A stretch of DNA of 64,000 nt from the NCBI GenBank assembly GCA_947038565.1, contig CAMQWP010000001.1, positions 66,381 through 130,380 of the forward strand. The letters run 5' to 3'. A program made the position numbers and the translations under genes. The first letter of the stretch is position 1. Each line of letters begins with the position of its first letter. This document shows, one piece after another, positions 48,863 to 58,158 of the stretch. The DNA comes from an uncultured Clostridia bacterium. GTDB taxonomy: Bacteria > Bacillota > Clostridia > Christensenellales > UBA3700. Below the pieces are notes generated by a model. The model was given only the letters and a program-made list of their open reading frames with translations, did no database searches and was not told where the DNA came from.

Positions 48863-50215
48863 TTACCTCCTTATTAACTGCAATAATTTTTCTCTACTAT
48901 ATCTTACACCTGTCCGCACTTGATCTTGCCACAATTCGCTTAGCTTGTCGCCGATTTGCTTTCCGCTATAGCCTGCACTGATAAGGTCACCGCCTCGCAC
49001 GTCCATATCAGAAATATTTATAGGTATATTATCTTTTATCATCACGCTGACCATCTCTCTAGTCCTAGATATTACAATATCATCATAATGAATGTTTCTT
49101 GATGCCATATTATCTGCTATCCTTAGCAGTAAATAATCCTCAATATAATCAAAGTTATTTGCGATAAATCTACGAAGCGTACTATCTTTTACTGCATTAT
49201 CCAGATTAAACATATGCATACTGACTAACTTTGACGTATGCTCTATATCATGATTAGAGAATTTTAATCTCTCCATGATTTGCCTAGTCAAAACCTCGCC
49301 TTCTATATCATGACCATACATCATTCCAGTTGTCGCGACCATTTTAGGTTTTGCAATGTCATGAAAAAGTCCCGCAAGCCTAAGGTGTGGCGGACAATAA
49401 TCCACAGTATGCATGATATGCTCGAACACATCGTGTATGTGATATTTTGCATTTTGTACTAGTCCTATACCGCCTAAAAGCTCTGGAATAATACACTCCA
49501 TGGCACCGATATCGACTAGCATTCTCAGCCCGTCACTCGCTCGAACTTTGCGTCCGTTATTATTATTGCTATTGTATTTTTCTGGCGCATTTATTATCAA
49601 TATCAGTTCGTCATGAATACGCTCTTTAGATATATCCGCTAGTCTTAATGCATATTTCTTAGCACTCTCGAAAACTTCACCTTCAGGAGTAAATCCAAGC
49701 TGGCAACTAAACCTGACAAGTCGCATTATCCGAAGTGCATCTTCCGATAAAGTTATATCCGCACTTTTAACTGTTCGTAATATCTTATCTTCCGTGTCAC
49801 GCATTCCGCCGACTATGTCTATGATCTCACCGCTCGCAATATCATAATATAACGCATTGCATGTAAAATCTCGCCTTGTAGCGTCTACTGACATATCTTT
49901 TGTGAATTTAACATTTGCAGGACTGTGCATTCCGCTACCGATAGGATAGCTATCTTCTCTAAAGGTTGTATACTCGTAAGTATCCTCGCTCCCCTTGATA
50001 AGCAATGTGCCCGTCCTTGGATACTCTGCCGTCACCACGAACTCGCTTTTATCTAACATTTGACGTACTTCTTCAATAGTGCAATTTGAGGCTATATCAT
50101 AGTCTCCTAGTGTCAGTCCTAATAAAGAATTTCGCACCGCTCCTCCTACTAGATAAAGCGGTGACAGCGGTGCGAAAATATTAGCTAATTTTTTAAGCTC
50201 GCCCGTTAAGTTCAT
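48863..50215 (-). CDS. cca: CCA-adding tRNA nucleotidyltransferase (class II, with HD domain)
   Basis: GGAVRNSLLG...DYDIAS nucleotidyltransferase motif, RRDFTCNAL and an HD motif (FHDIAKP). The start overlaps the hpt stop (TAATG). Confidence 0.8.
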   Translation of the reverse strand: MNLTGELKKLANIFAPLSPLYLVGGAVRNSLLGLTLGDYDIASNCTIEEVRQMLDKSEFVVTAEYPRTGTLLIKGSEDTYEYTTFREDSYPIGSGMHSPANVKFTKDMSVDATRRDFTCNALYYDIASGEIIDIVGGMRDTEDKILRTVKSADITLSEDALRIMRLVRFSCQLGFTPEGEVFESAKKYALRLADISKERIHDELILIINAPEKYNSNNNNGRKVRASDGLRMLVDIGAMECIIPELLGGIGLVQNAKYHIHDVFEHIMHTVDYCPPHLRLAGLFHDIAKPKMVATTGMMYGHDIEGEVLTRQIMERLKFSNHDIEHTSKLVSMHMFNLDNAVKDSTLRRFIANNFDYIEDYLLLRIADNMASRNIHYDDIVISRTREMVSVMIKDNIPINISDMDVRGGDLISAGYSGKQIGDKLSELWQDQVRTGVRYSREKLLQLIRR

Positions 50216-50754
50216 TAGTTATAAACTTTAGGAGAAAGCACGCAAATTTCTTTCATATTGCGATAGTGTTGAGCATAATCAAGTCCAAAACCAACTACGA
50301 ATTCATCCGGAATACTCATACCAGTATAATCAGTATTTACTTCAACTTCTCTTCTTGAAGGCTTGTCAAGTAGTGTAACGATCTTTAAGCTCTTAGGATC
50401 GCGATCATTAAGTATCTCACGAAGACGCTTAATAGTACGTCCACTGTCTACGATATCCTCTACGACTAGTACGTTCTTGCCCTTGATATCACAAGCAAGG
50501 TCTTGCTTAACTACAACGTGCCCGCTTGAATTTGCACTGTCACCATAGCTAGACAATACCATAAAGTCTATTTGCATATCAAGATTTATCTCGCGGATAA
50601 GATCTGAGAAGAATATAATAGATCCACGTAATACGCATACTACTACTAATTCCTCGCCTTTAAAATCCTCTGTAATTTGCTCACCTAATTCTCTAACTCT
50701 AGTTGCTAACTCTTCTTTAGTGATAAGCACCTTCTCGATGTCATTTTTGTTCAT
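50215..50754 (-). CDS. hpt: hypoxanthine(-guanine) phosphoribosyltransferase
   Basis: PRPP loop VLVVEDIVDSGRT. tilS-hpt synteny as in Bacillus. Confidence 0.92.
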   Translation of the reverse strand: MNKNDIEKVLITKEELATRVRELGEQITEDFKGEELVVVCVLRGSIIFFSDLIREINLDMQIDFMVLSSYGDSANSSGHVVVKQDLACDIKGKNVLVVEDIVDSGRTIKRLREILNDRDPKSLKIVTLLDKPSRREVEVNTDYTGMSIPDEFVVGFGLDYAQHYRNMKEICVLSPKVYN

Positions 50755-50839
50755 AAGTATCTCCTTGGTAAATGTTAATTATAATTTAAAGTTTTGTGTT
50801 GATTTGCTATATTTGAAAATGATTTCGATTGATTAATCA

Positions 50840-52180
50840 TCAAAATTCATTCTTTGATATCTTATATATAATCTTTGATGTGTCAGAAACTGCGACGGTT
50901 CGGCTTATATCTACGCCTACTAGACATAGGATGTCGCTTCCGCAAGCTATCACTGGCGTTGTATCTCTTAATCTTACTGGGACTTTTTTGTCCGTCATAA
51001 AATCGCCTAAGCTCTTACTTCCACCACCAAACTTATTTATTATATCTTTATCTTGTCTATATCTGATAACTATATCATCTTCGATGCTATCTGCCGTCAT
51101 GTAGAGTGCGTTATCATCAGCTACTCTATTAGCGACTTTTTCTATTATCAATTCCCCGTCATCAAGCTCAAAAACTCCTTCGGCAAATGGTATTTTTATT
51201 TGATCAACTTCTCTATACATGGTAAGCACTATGCTTCCATATTCATTGTATGCTACTTTATTGTGTGGCATATCTAGCTTAGTTCCATTTTCTTTGCCTG
51301 CTAGTGCGATTAGTAAATCAACATGCCTTTCTTCGATATCACTCTCCACTCCTAACAGCGAAAAAGCTCTTCTTATCATCTCTGACGCGATAACTACATG
51401 CTGACCTTTTATGTCACAAGTAACGGAATTACCTACTACTTCTAGTGCAGGCGTCATGCTGTCGACATAATCCATTTGCTGACTTGCTCTTTTTGCAAGT
51501 TTTAGAATACTTGTCTTTAGCATAGGATACTTTTTCTCAAAAGTAGGTATAAGCTCACCTCGCATATAATTACGAGTATAAGCAGTATCAACATTTGTAC
51601 TGTCTTCTCTATAAGAAATATTATGCTCACGGATATAGTCTTTCACTTGCTCTTTAGAAGTATTTATAAGCGGTCTTATAAGGTGTCCGTCTTCCACGCT
51701 CATGCCTGACAGCCCTGAAATACCTGATCCTCTAGCGATGTGCATTAATACACTTTCCACTTGATCAGACTCATGATGAGCAGTAGCCACTACGTACGCA
51801 TGTTCATGGCATACGGTCCTAAATATATCATGTCGAAGAACTCTCGCAGCCTGCTCTAATGTCATGCCTTGTTCAGTAGCATAAGCTACGGCATCTATGT
51901 CATAGTGCAAATACTTAATATCGTTATCACGGCTGTATCCAGATACAAAGTTGCTGTCTTCACTGCTTTCTTCGCCTCTTATGTGATGATCAATATTAAC
52001 TATCATAAAACTGTTTTTTGGTCTATTTCGCACAAACCATTCCGACATAGCCATGCTATCGCTCCCACCACTTACTGCTAGAGCGATAATAGGGTATTTA
52101 TCCAATATAGAAATAATATCCGACTTTATCATATTATATATTATATAACTTTTTATTTCTTTTAGCAAGGGTTTAGACAT
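50840..52180 (-). CDS. tilS: tRNA(Ile)-lysidine synthetase
   Basis: PP-loop LAVSGGSDSMA. Neither candidate ATG (52180, 52132) has a good RBS, so the start is uncertain. Confidence 0.85.
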   Translation of the reverse strand: MSKPLLKEIKSYIIYNMIKSDIISILDKYPIIALAVSGGSDSMAMSEWFVRNRPKNSFMIVNIDHHIRGEESSEDSNFVSGYSRDNDIKYLHYDIDAVAYATEQGMTLEQAARVLRHDIFRTVCHEHAYVVATAHHESDQVESVLMHIARGSGISGLSGMSVEDGHLIRPLINTSKEQVKDYIREHNISYREDSTNVDTAYTRNYMRGELIPTFEKKYPMLKTSILKLAKRASQQMDYVDSMTPALEVVGNSVTCDIKGQHVVIASEMIRRAFSLLGVESDIEERHVDLLIALAGKENGTKLDMPHNKVAYNEYGSIVLTMYREVDQIKIPFAEGVFELDDGELIIEKVANRVADDNALYMTADSIEDDIVIRYRQDKDIINKFGGGSKSLGDFMTDKKVPVRLRDTTPVIACGSDILCLVGVDISRTVAVSDTSKIIYKISKNEF

Positions 52181-52218
52181 TTATTTTTAAAATTTTTATA
52201 CTAATCAGTACATATTAA

Positions 52219-54759
52219 TCAATCTTTGTTTATATACACCCTTGTCGCCACAACGGTACTATCATCTCCCGCCCCGCCCTCGGTCGCACGCTTCAATATC
52301 TCATCAGTAAGTGCTTGAGGATTTTTAACATTAAATCGTCTTACTACATCAGCAATTCCTTCCATAGAAAGAGCGTCCGAAATACCATCGGTAAACATCA
52401 CTATTACATCCCCGTCCATTAGCATTCTTCGCTCGGTGTATGGCTCTGCTTCCTCGACTATGCCTAATGGAAGTGCACCGCTTTCTATCACATTTACTAC
52501 GCCTTGTCTCACTAATAGACTCTGAACACCGCCTAACTTTATCACATCCATAGCACCTTTAGATAGATCAATTATCGCCATATCGAGACAAGTAAATGAC
52601 TCGCCGTTGTATGTTGCGAGTATTTTGTTTATAAGCGATAGTATGGCATTGTTATTAAATCCCGCCTTGTAAAAATTCTCTATCATACTGATAGTTGTAG
52701 ACGAGTTAAACTTTGCCTCTTCGCCACTGCCCATACCATCGCACAGTGCCACCATCACTTTATCATGACCGATCCTCTCTACGCTATAAGTATCGCCACT
52801 CGCCTCACTTCCTTCCATAGTCTGATTACTGACGCCGTAAACTAACGAATATCTAGGTATAATCATAAGCCTTACGGTATCATAACCTACTATATCCGAT
52901 TGCCTTTTTTCTACCACCCTAAATTTGCTCGATAATACACGGCTTATTATTTGCACCAGTTTAGGATTTTCCGCGTCGCGTTTCCTAAGCGTTATTGTGA
53001 CCCCATATCCGCCATTCTCTCCGCTTACAATAATATCTCTTGCTATTATATTGCTATATGCTAATTCTTCTACTATCCTACGCTCACTCTCACTATCGAA
53101 GAATACCGAATGCCTTACTTCCTGACTTAGAGTTAGAAGTAGCTCGCCTATACTTTGCATTTGCTCGCCAAGTATAATCCGACCTGCACCGATCTGACTA
53201 CGATTTTCTCTAGTCCTTAACATCTTAACAGTCCTATCCGATACCATGCTTATCATACCAGTAGACCTATCACATCTTGACGCTATAAATGGTGGCAAGT
53301 CGTCGATTGTCAAAACTCCATTACTTACCGATTTTTCGATCAGTTCCATAATGGCAGTACTAGTATCCCCTCCAAGCATGCCTGTGCAAAACTTCACATT
53401 CGGACAACGCCCGCAATACTCAGCGGATATATCGCTCGCAAGCCCCTCACTACTACATGATGATAGTGACACTTCCCCACCGCCAAGTACGCAACCTATT
53501 TCACGAAAAACTAATGACATATTATTCAGCTTAGACGCAATGTCGGCACGATTTCGCCCGACTATAGCACGCTCTGGCCCGACACATTCACCGCCACCGA
53601 ATGCTTGCACAATATTATCTCTAACGCCCTTCGTCAATATCGTAAAAGCAAATAGGCTTATTGCGATAAGGATAATATGCTGATAACCATATGCACCAAA
53701 CGCTTTAAAATACAACCCGACTAATATATCTCCTAGTAGATAAGAAATAGCGGAGAAGTATATATTTGACGAAATAAAAATCATAGCAAAAGCTACACTT
53801 AATATAAGCCCACCAACGACCATAATATTACCAGACATAATACCAGCACCTACTCCAAGAGTTAGTGCCATAATAAAAGCTGTCACTGGTCTACCTGCAT
53901 ATAAGCACATCATTAGAATAAAAGGTGCGAATAAATAAAACGGAGTAAACCCGAAAAAGTTAAGATTAAATAACCCCATTGAAAGACCTGCAATTATTAT
54001 AGCACCGCCGAACATTTCATCTTTCGCAAAACGATATCTAACCCCTCGCACGATCACCGCATAGCAAATAATAATCGCACAGTATGTAAATATTTGCGAT
54101 AACGCTATCATGGCAACAGCTTGGAGAATTGCCTGCAAGCTAGATACATTTAGCAATACTATAGGCAAATGACATATGCAAGCGTATAGATTAGCATTCA
54201 ATATTTTCATTGGTCTACGCGCTAGTTTATGAACAAATACTGCGAGTATAAAAACTATCGGCGGAAATGATGCAATGATAAGTGTCGCGATAGAAACATC
54301 ACAAATAATAAGTGCAAGAATATACTCTATAGACAATAAAAATATATTTTCACGACAGTAAACTAATGCTACAAAAAAACCTAAATGAAAAGGGGAAATC
54401 CCACCAGCTCCTTTCGCTATTCCTAGCAAAATCATCATGCCAAAATATGCTACATATCTAGCTAGTTGCATATAATTTATCTCGCCTTTTATGTGTTTCA
54501 TTATGTTTTTTTTACTTTCAACACGATCATTTATCGACTGCTCATTAGGCTGAATTTGTCGATTATTTTCTGCTAGATCCACACCCGTGTAATATTCATT
54601 ATTATTAGCACTATGCTCTGATCTATCGTCCATATTTACTTTGCCCAAATCTAGCATTCTATCCTTAGCCATACTATCTTTATTGATATTTTTATTTTTA
54701 TCTACACCAGTATTATTCGCGTTGTCTTGCACTGGTCTATCATTATTATTATTATCCAT
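52219..54759 (-). CDS. spoIIE: stage II sporulation protein E (polytopic membrane PP2C phosphatase)
   Basis: About 10 TM helices followed by a PP2C domain (MVALCDGMGSG...VMFTDGI...DDSTVV). spoIIE-tilS-hpt order as in B. subtilis. AAGGAG RBS. Confidence 0.82.
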   Translation of the reverse strand: MDNNNNDRPVQDNANNTGVDKNKNINKDSMAKDRMLDLGKVNMDDRSEHSANNNEYYTGVDLAENNRQIQPNEQSINDRVESKKNIMKHIKGEINYMQLARYVAYFGMMILLGIAKGAGGISPFHLGFFVALVYCRENIFLLSIEYILALIICDVSIATLIIASFPPIVFILAVFVHKLARRPMKILNANLYACICHLPIVLLNVSSLQAILQAVAMIALSQIFTYCAIIICYAVIVRGVRYRFAKDEMFGGAIIIAGLSMGLFNLNFFGFTPFYLFAPFILMMCLYAGRPVTAFIMALTLGVGAGIMSGNIMVVGGLILSVAFAMIFISSNIYFSAISYLLGDILVGLYFKAFGAYGYQHIILIAISLFAFTILTKGVRDNIVQAFGGGECVGPERAIVGRNRADIASKLNNMSLVFREIGCVLGGGEVSLSSCSSEGLASDISAEYCGRCPNVKFCTGMLGGDTSTAIMELIEKSVSNGVLTIDDLPPFIASRCDRSTGMISMVSDRTVKMLRTRENRSQIGAGRIILGEQMQSIGELLLTLSQEVRHSVFFDSESERRIVEELAYSNIIARDIIVSGENGGYGVTITLRKRDAENPKLVQIISRVLSSKFRVVEKRQSDIVGYDTVRLMIIPRYSLVYGVSNQTMEGSEASGDTYSVERIGHDKVMVALCDGMGSGEEAKFNSSTTISMIENFYKAGFNNNAILSLINKILATYNGESFTCLDMAIIDLSKGAMDVIKLGGVQSLLVRQGVVNVIESGALPLGIVEEAEPYTERRMLMDGDVIVMFTDGISDALSMEGIADVVRRFNVKNPQALTDEILKRATEGGAGDDSTVVATRVYINKD

Positions 54760-54830
54760 AACACATCTCCTTAATTATAATATACTCTTTAATTATAACT
54801 AGTTTTATGTGCTATTGATTAGGGAATTTT

Positions 54831-54878
54831 TGTCGGATAAATTATACTTATGTCGATTATATTTATAGGTTTTCGTCA
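54831..54878. promoter_or_regulatory. three Spo0A-box-like heptamers upstream of spoIIE
   Basis: TGTCGGA (54831-54837, plus), TGTCGAT (54851-54857, plus) and TGACGAA (minus strand of 54872-54878), compared with the 0A box TGNCGAA. Spacing is 20-21 bp. A TATAAT (minus strand of 54792-54797) with a poor -35 lies downstream. Confidence 0.3.
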
Positions 54879-55002
54879 ATTCTAAATTCTAATACTTCTT
54901 CTAGTTTGTATTTATCATCACTATACTTTTTGTCTTTTCTATTTATTAAATACCTTGTCTATACTAGAAGTCAATAATACAATTTTTTTTCACAAAAAAG
55001 AC

Positions 55003-55031
55003 TTGCGAGGTTTTGATTTTTATGTTACAAT
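55003..55031 (+). promoter_or_regulatory. sigma-A-like promoter of the acidic orphan gene
   Basis: TTGCGA (55003-55008), 17-nt spacer, TACAAT (55026-55031) preceded by TGT (extended -10-like). It would give a leader of about 137 nt. Confidence 0.4.
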
Positions 55032-55174
55032 GATATAGATTAGAAAATGTATTTTGAATACATTTAAACGCAAATGTCGTATGCGTGCTATACTATGCAC
55101 GTTTTACGTGTAATATATTGCACTCGTGCGCTTGTATTTTTGCAATAGTTTTCATGAATTCATGAGGAGGAATT

Positions 55175-55621
55175 ATGTTAAGTTACGATGAGTTATTAAA
55201 AGTATTAGAGGTCGAAGGAGTTCCAGCCGAGACTTACACAATTGAGTATGTTCAGACGCTTTATGGCGAGTTACTTTCCGAAGATAAGTTACTAGAGCTA
55301 ATAGATATTATGGTGTTTGTTTCTGTCGATATGGAAACTCCACTTTATGATATCCTTGAGTTTATTGTTGCTATGGAAACTGAAAACGAAATCGACGATA
55401 ATTTTTCTTGTGCTGGTATTATTATGGATAATATTATTGACAACCTTGCAGTGTCAAATGCTAACTGCGAAAGACTTTTTGATCTTATAAAAGATTCTGA
55501 TATCGTATCAGCATATAATAATATTCTTAGCATTTATGGCGACACTATCCCCGCCGAGATGAAGGATGTTTTACTAGAGCGTGCACACAAACTTTTTGAC
55601 CCAGAATTATTACTTGTATAA
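55175..55621 (+). CDS. hypothetical, highly acidic, predicted all-helical 148-aa protein
   Basis: Strong GAGGAGG RBS and a strong bidirectional terminator. No recognisable motif. Monocistronic, between spoIIE and tex. Confidence 0.65.
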   Translation: MLSYDELLKVLEVEGVPAETYTIEYVQTLYGELLSEDKLLELIDIMVFVSVDMETPLYDILEFIVAMETENEIDDNFSCAGIIMDNIIDNLAVSNANCERLFDLIKDSDIVSAYNNILSIYGDTIPAEMKDVLLERAHKLFDPELLLV

Positions 55622-55669
55622 TATTTCTTAACGAATTTAAATAAATATAATTATAATAATCACAAATAC

Positions 55670-55710
55670 AAAAATAGCATACTAGTCAGACTAGTATGCT
55701 ATTTATTTAT
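55670..55710. terminator. bidirectional terminator between the acidic orphan gene and tex
   Basis: ATAGCATACTAGTC / GACTAGTATGCTAT inverted repeat flanked by A- and T-rich runs. Confidence 0.7.
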
Positions 55711-55722
55711 ACTTTTTATATT

Positions 55723-58158
55723 TTACTTTTTATACTTGTTTGCAAGTTGCTTTAACATATCTTCAACGCTTGAAAGTGGTTTTGATTCATTGCGATTATT
55801 GTTAGATTTATTACTGTTATCTATATAATTATTTCGCCCAGCATTGTTGTTATTTCTATTATCACGACCTGCGTTATTATTGCGGTTGTTATTACGATTA
55901 TCGCGTCCTGCATTATTATTTGCATTAGTATTATTTGCACGATTACCATCTTTTGACTTCAGTTGCGGATTACGCACAATGCTTTCTGATTTTGGTTTCG
56001 CATTGCTCGCACCTTTAATTGTTAAACTGATACGGTTTTTTGCTACGTCAACGCCTATAACTTTTACAGTCACAATGTCTCCAACAGTAAGTGCTTCTGA
56101 AGGGTGTTTGATGAAGTCATTACTGATCTCGCTGATATGCACTAGTCCGTCTTGATGCACGCCGATATCTACGAATGCACCGAAGTCGATAACGTTTCTA
56201 ACTGTACCTACTATCTCCATATCTTCCTTTAGATTTTTGATATCTAATAGGTCGTCACGAAGAATAGGTTTTGGCAATGAGTCACGAATATCTCTACCTG
56301 GCTTAACTAATTCGTCTATGATATCACTTAGAGTAGGTACACCTACGCCTAACATATCCGCCATCTTAGCAGTACCAAAAGTCTTTACTTTTTCAGAAAG
56401 CTCAGTTAGCTTACTTGCCTTTATATCTTCATTCGTATAGCCGAATTCGTCTAATAATTTTTTTGCTGCGTTATACGCCTCAGGGTGGACAGAAGTATTA
56501 TCAAGTACATCTTTACCGCTAGAGATACGTAAGAATCCAGCACATTGCTCGAATGCTTTAGGTCCTAGCTTAGGTACTTTTAGCAACTGTTTTCTTGTAG
56601 TGAAAGGTTTCTCTTCACGTGCCTTTACTATATTTTTTGCTATAGCAAGATTTAGTCCTGATACATAAGATAATAGCTTGTATGATGCAGTATTTACATC
56701 TACTCCTACACTATTAACACAGTCTTCGACTACGCCTTCTAGCACTTCAGTTAATCTCTTTTGAGGCATGTCATGCTGATACTGTCCGACACCGATACTC
56801 TTAACGTCGATCTTAATAAGCTCGGCTAGAGGATCTTGCATACGTCTTGCAATACTAATAGCACTACGTAGTGATACATCATACTCTGGGAACTCATCAG
56901 CGGCTAGTTCGCTTGCACTATACACTGACGCACCCGCTTCATTTACTACCATATACTGAACAGGTCTATTCACCTCTTTAATAAGTGCAGCTACGAATAT
57001 TTCAGCCTCTTTACTTGCAGTACCATTACCAATAGCAATAGCGTCTACATTGTATTTCTCGATCATAGACTTTAGCTTACGTGTAGCCTCTTCCACCTTG
57101 CTTTGTGGTGGAGTAGGATATACTACTGCTGTATCTAAAGCATTTCCATTACCGTCAACTACTGCTATCTTGCAACCAGTGCGGTATGCAGGATCGACAG
57201 CAAGTACTACATGGTTTTTGATAGGAGGCTGCATAAGAAGTGGCTTAAGGTTTGTCTCAAACATCTTTATTGCACCATCAGACGCCTTATCAGTCATGTC
57301 CGATCTTACCTCTCTAGAGACTGACGGGAATATAAGTCTTGCGTAACTATCTTCAGTAGTCGCCATCATCAAGTCCTTAAATATGCTATCATTATGTACA
57401 TATCTAACATTGATTTTATCCACTGCAACAGCAGGATCTAACTTGATATCTACCTTTAGACAGTCTTCTTTCTCGCCACGATTAATAGCTAGTATTCTAT
57501 GAGAAGGTATAGCCTTAAGGTTTTCAGTATACTCTTTATACATGCCATAAACGCCACTATTCGCTTTATCTTTTTCCTCATCAAGAGTAGTGGTGATAGT
57601 GCCAAGACCTACTAAAGTCTCACGCAACTCACGACGTACATCAGCGTCATCACTGATACGCTCAGCTACGATATCCTTAGCACCAGCATACGCGTCTTTG
57701 ACGTTTTTCACGCCTTTTTCCTCGTCAATGAAAGGAGCAGCGATCTCATCAAGATCACCCTCGCGAAGATCTGACATCAATATATCCGCAAGCGGAGCAA
57801 GACCACGCTCGATAGCAACTGAGGCACGAGTCTTTTTCTTTTTCTTATATGGTCTGTAGATGTCCTCTACTTCAGACATAGTAACAGCCTTATCAATAGC
57901 AACAGCAAGCTCATCAGTCCACTTTTCTTGAGACTCGATACTCTTTTTAACTTCAGCCTTTCTATTTTCTAAATTAGTAAGATAAGCTAATCTGTCAGCA
58001 AATTGACGAAGAACCTGATCGTCACAAGTTCCGTGCATTTCCTTACGGTATCTTGCTATAAAAGGTATAGTACTACCCTCGCCTATAAGCGATATAATAT
58101 TATCACTGTACTCTTGTTTTAAACTGAATTCCTGAGCTAATTTTTCACTAATATTCAT
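55723..58158 (-). CDS. tex: Tex-like RNA-binding transcription accessory protein (YqgF/HhH/S1) with an N/R-rich repetitive C-terminal tail
   Basis: Tex N-terminus (FIARYRKE), YqgF-like region, HhH, and S1 domain GTVRNVIDFGAFVDIGVHQDGLVHISE. The start overlaps the upstream stop (TAATG). Confidence 0.88.
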   Translation of the reverse strand: MNISEKLAQEFSLKQEYSDNIISLIGEGSTIPFIARYRKEMHGTCDDQVLRQFADRLAYLTNLENRKAEVKKSIESQEKWTDELAVAIDKAVTMSEVEDIYRPYKKKKKTRASVAIERGLAPLADILMSDLREGDLDEIAAPFIDEEKGVKNVKDAYAGAKDIVAERISDDADVRRELRETLVGLGTITTTLDEEKDKANSGVYGMYKEYTENLKAIPSHRILAINRGEKEDCLKVDIKLDPAVAVDKINVRYVHNDSIFKDLMMATTEDSYARLIFPSVSREVRSDMTDKASDGAIKMFETNLKPLLMQPPIKNHVVLAVDPAYRTGCKIAVVDGNGNALDTAVVYPTPPQSKVEEATRKLKSMIEKYNVDAIAIGNGTASKEAEIFVAALIKEVNRPVQYMVVNEAGASVYSASELAADEFPEYDVSLRSAISIARRMQDPLAELIKIDVKSIGVGQYQHDMPQKRLTEVLEGVVEDCVNSVGVDVNTASYKLLSYVSGLNLAIAKNIVKAREEKPFTTRKQLLKVPKLGPKAFEQCAGFLRISSGKDVLDNTSVHPEAYNAAKKLLDEFGYTNEDIKASKLTELSEKVKTFGTAKMADMLGVGVPTLSDIIDELVKPGRDIRDSLPKPILRDDLLDIKNLKEDMEIVGTVRNVIDFGAFVDIGVHQDGLVHISEISNDFIKHPSEALTVGDIVTVKVIGVDVAKNRISLTIKGASNAKPKSESIVRNPQLKSKDGNRANNTNANNNAGRDNRNNNRNNNAGRDNRNNNNAGRNNYIDNSNKSNNNRNESKPLSSVEDMLKQLANKYKK
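55828..55926 (-). repeat. imperfect tandem coding repeat (about 33-nt unit, three copies) encoding NNNAGRDNRNN-type units in the Tex tail
   Basis: The peptide NANNNAGRDNRNNNRNNNAGRDNRNNNNAGRNN is read directly from the minus strand. The DNA units are visibly related (…ACGACCTGCGTTATTATT… / …GCGTCCTGCATTATTATT…). Confidence 0.7.
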
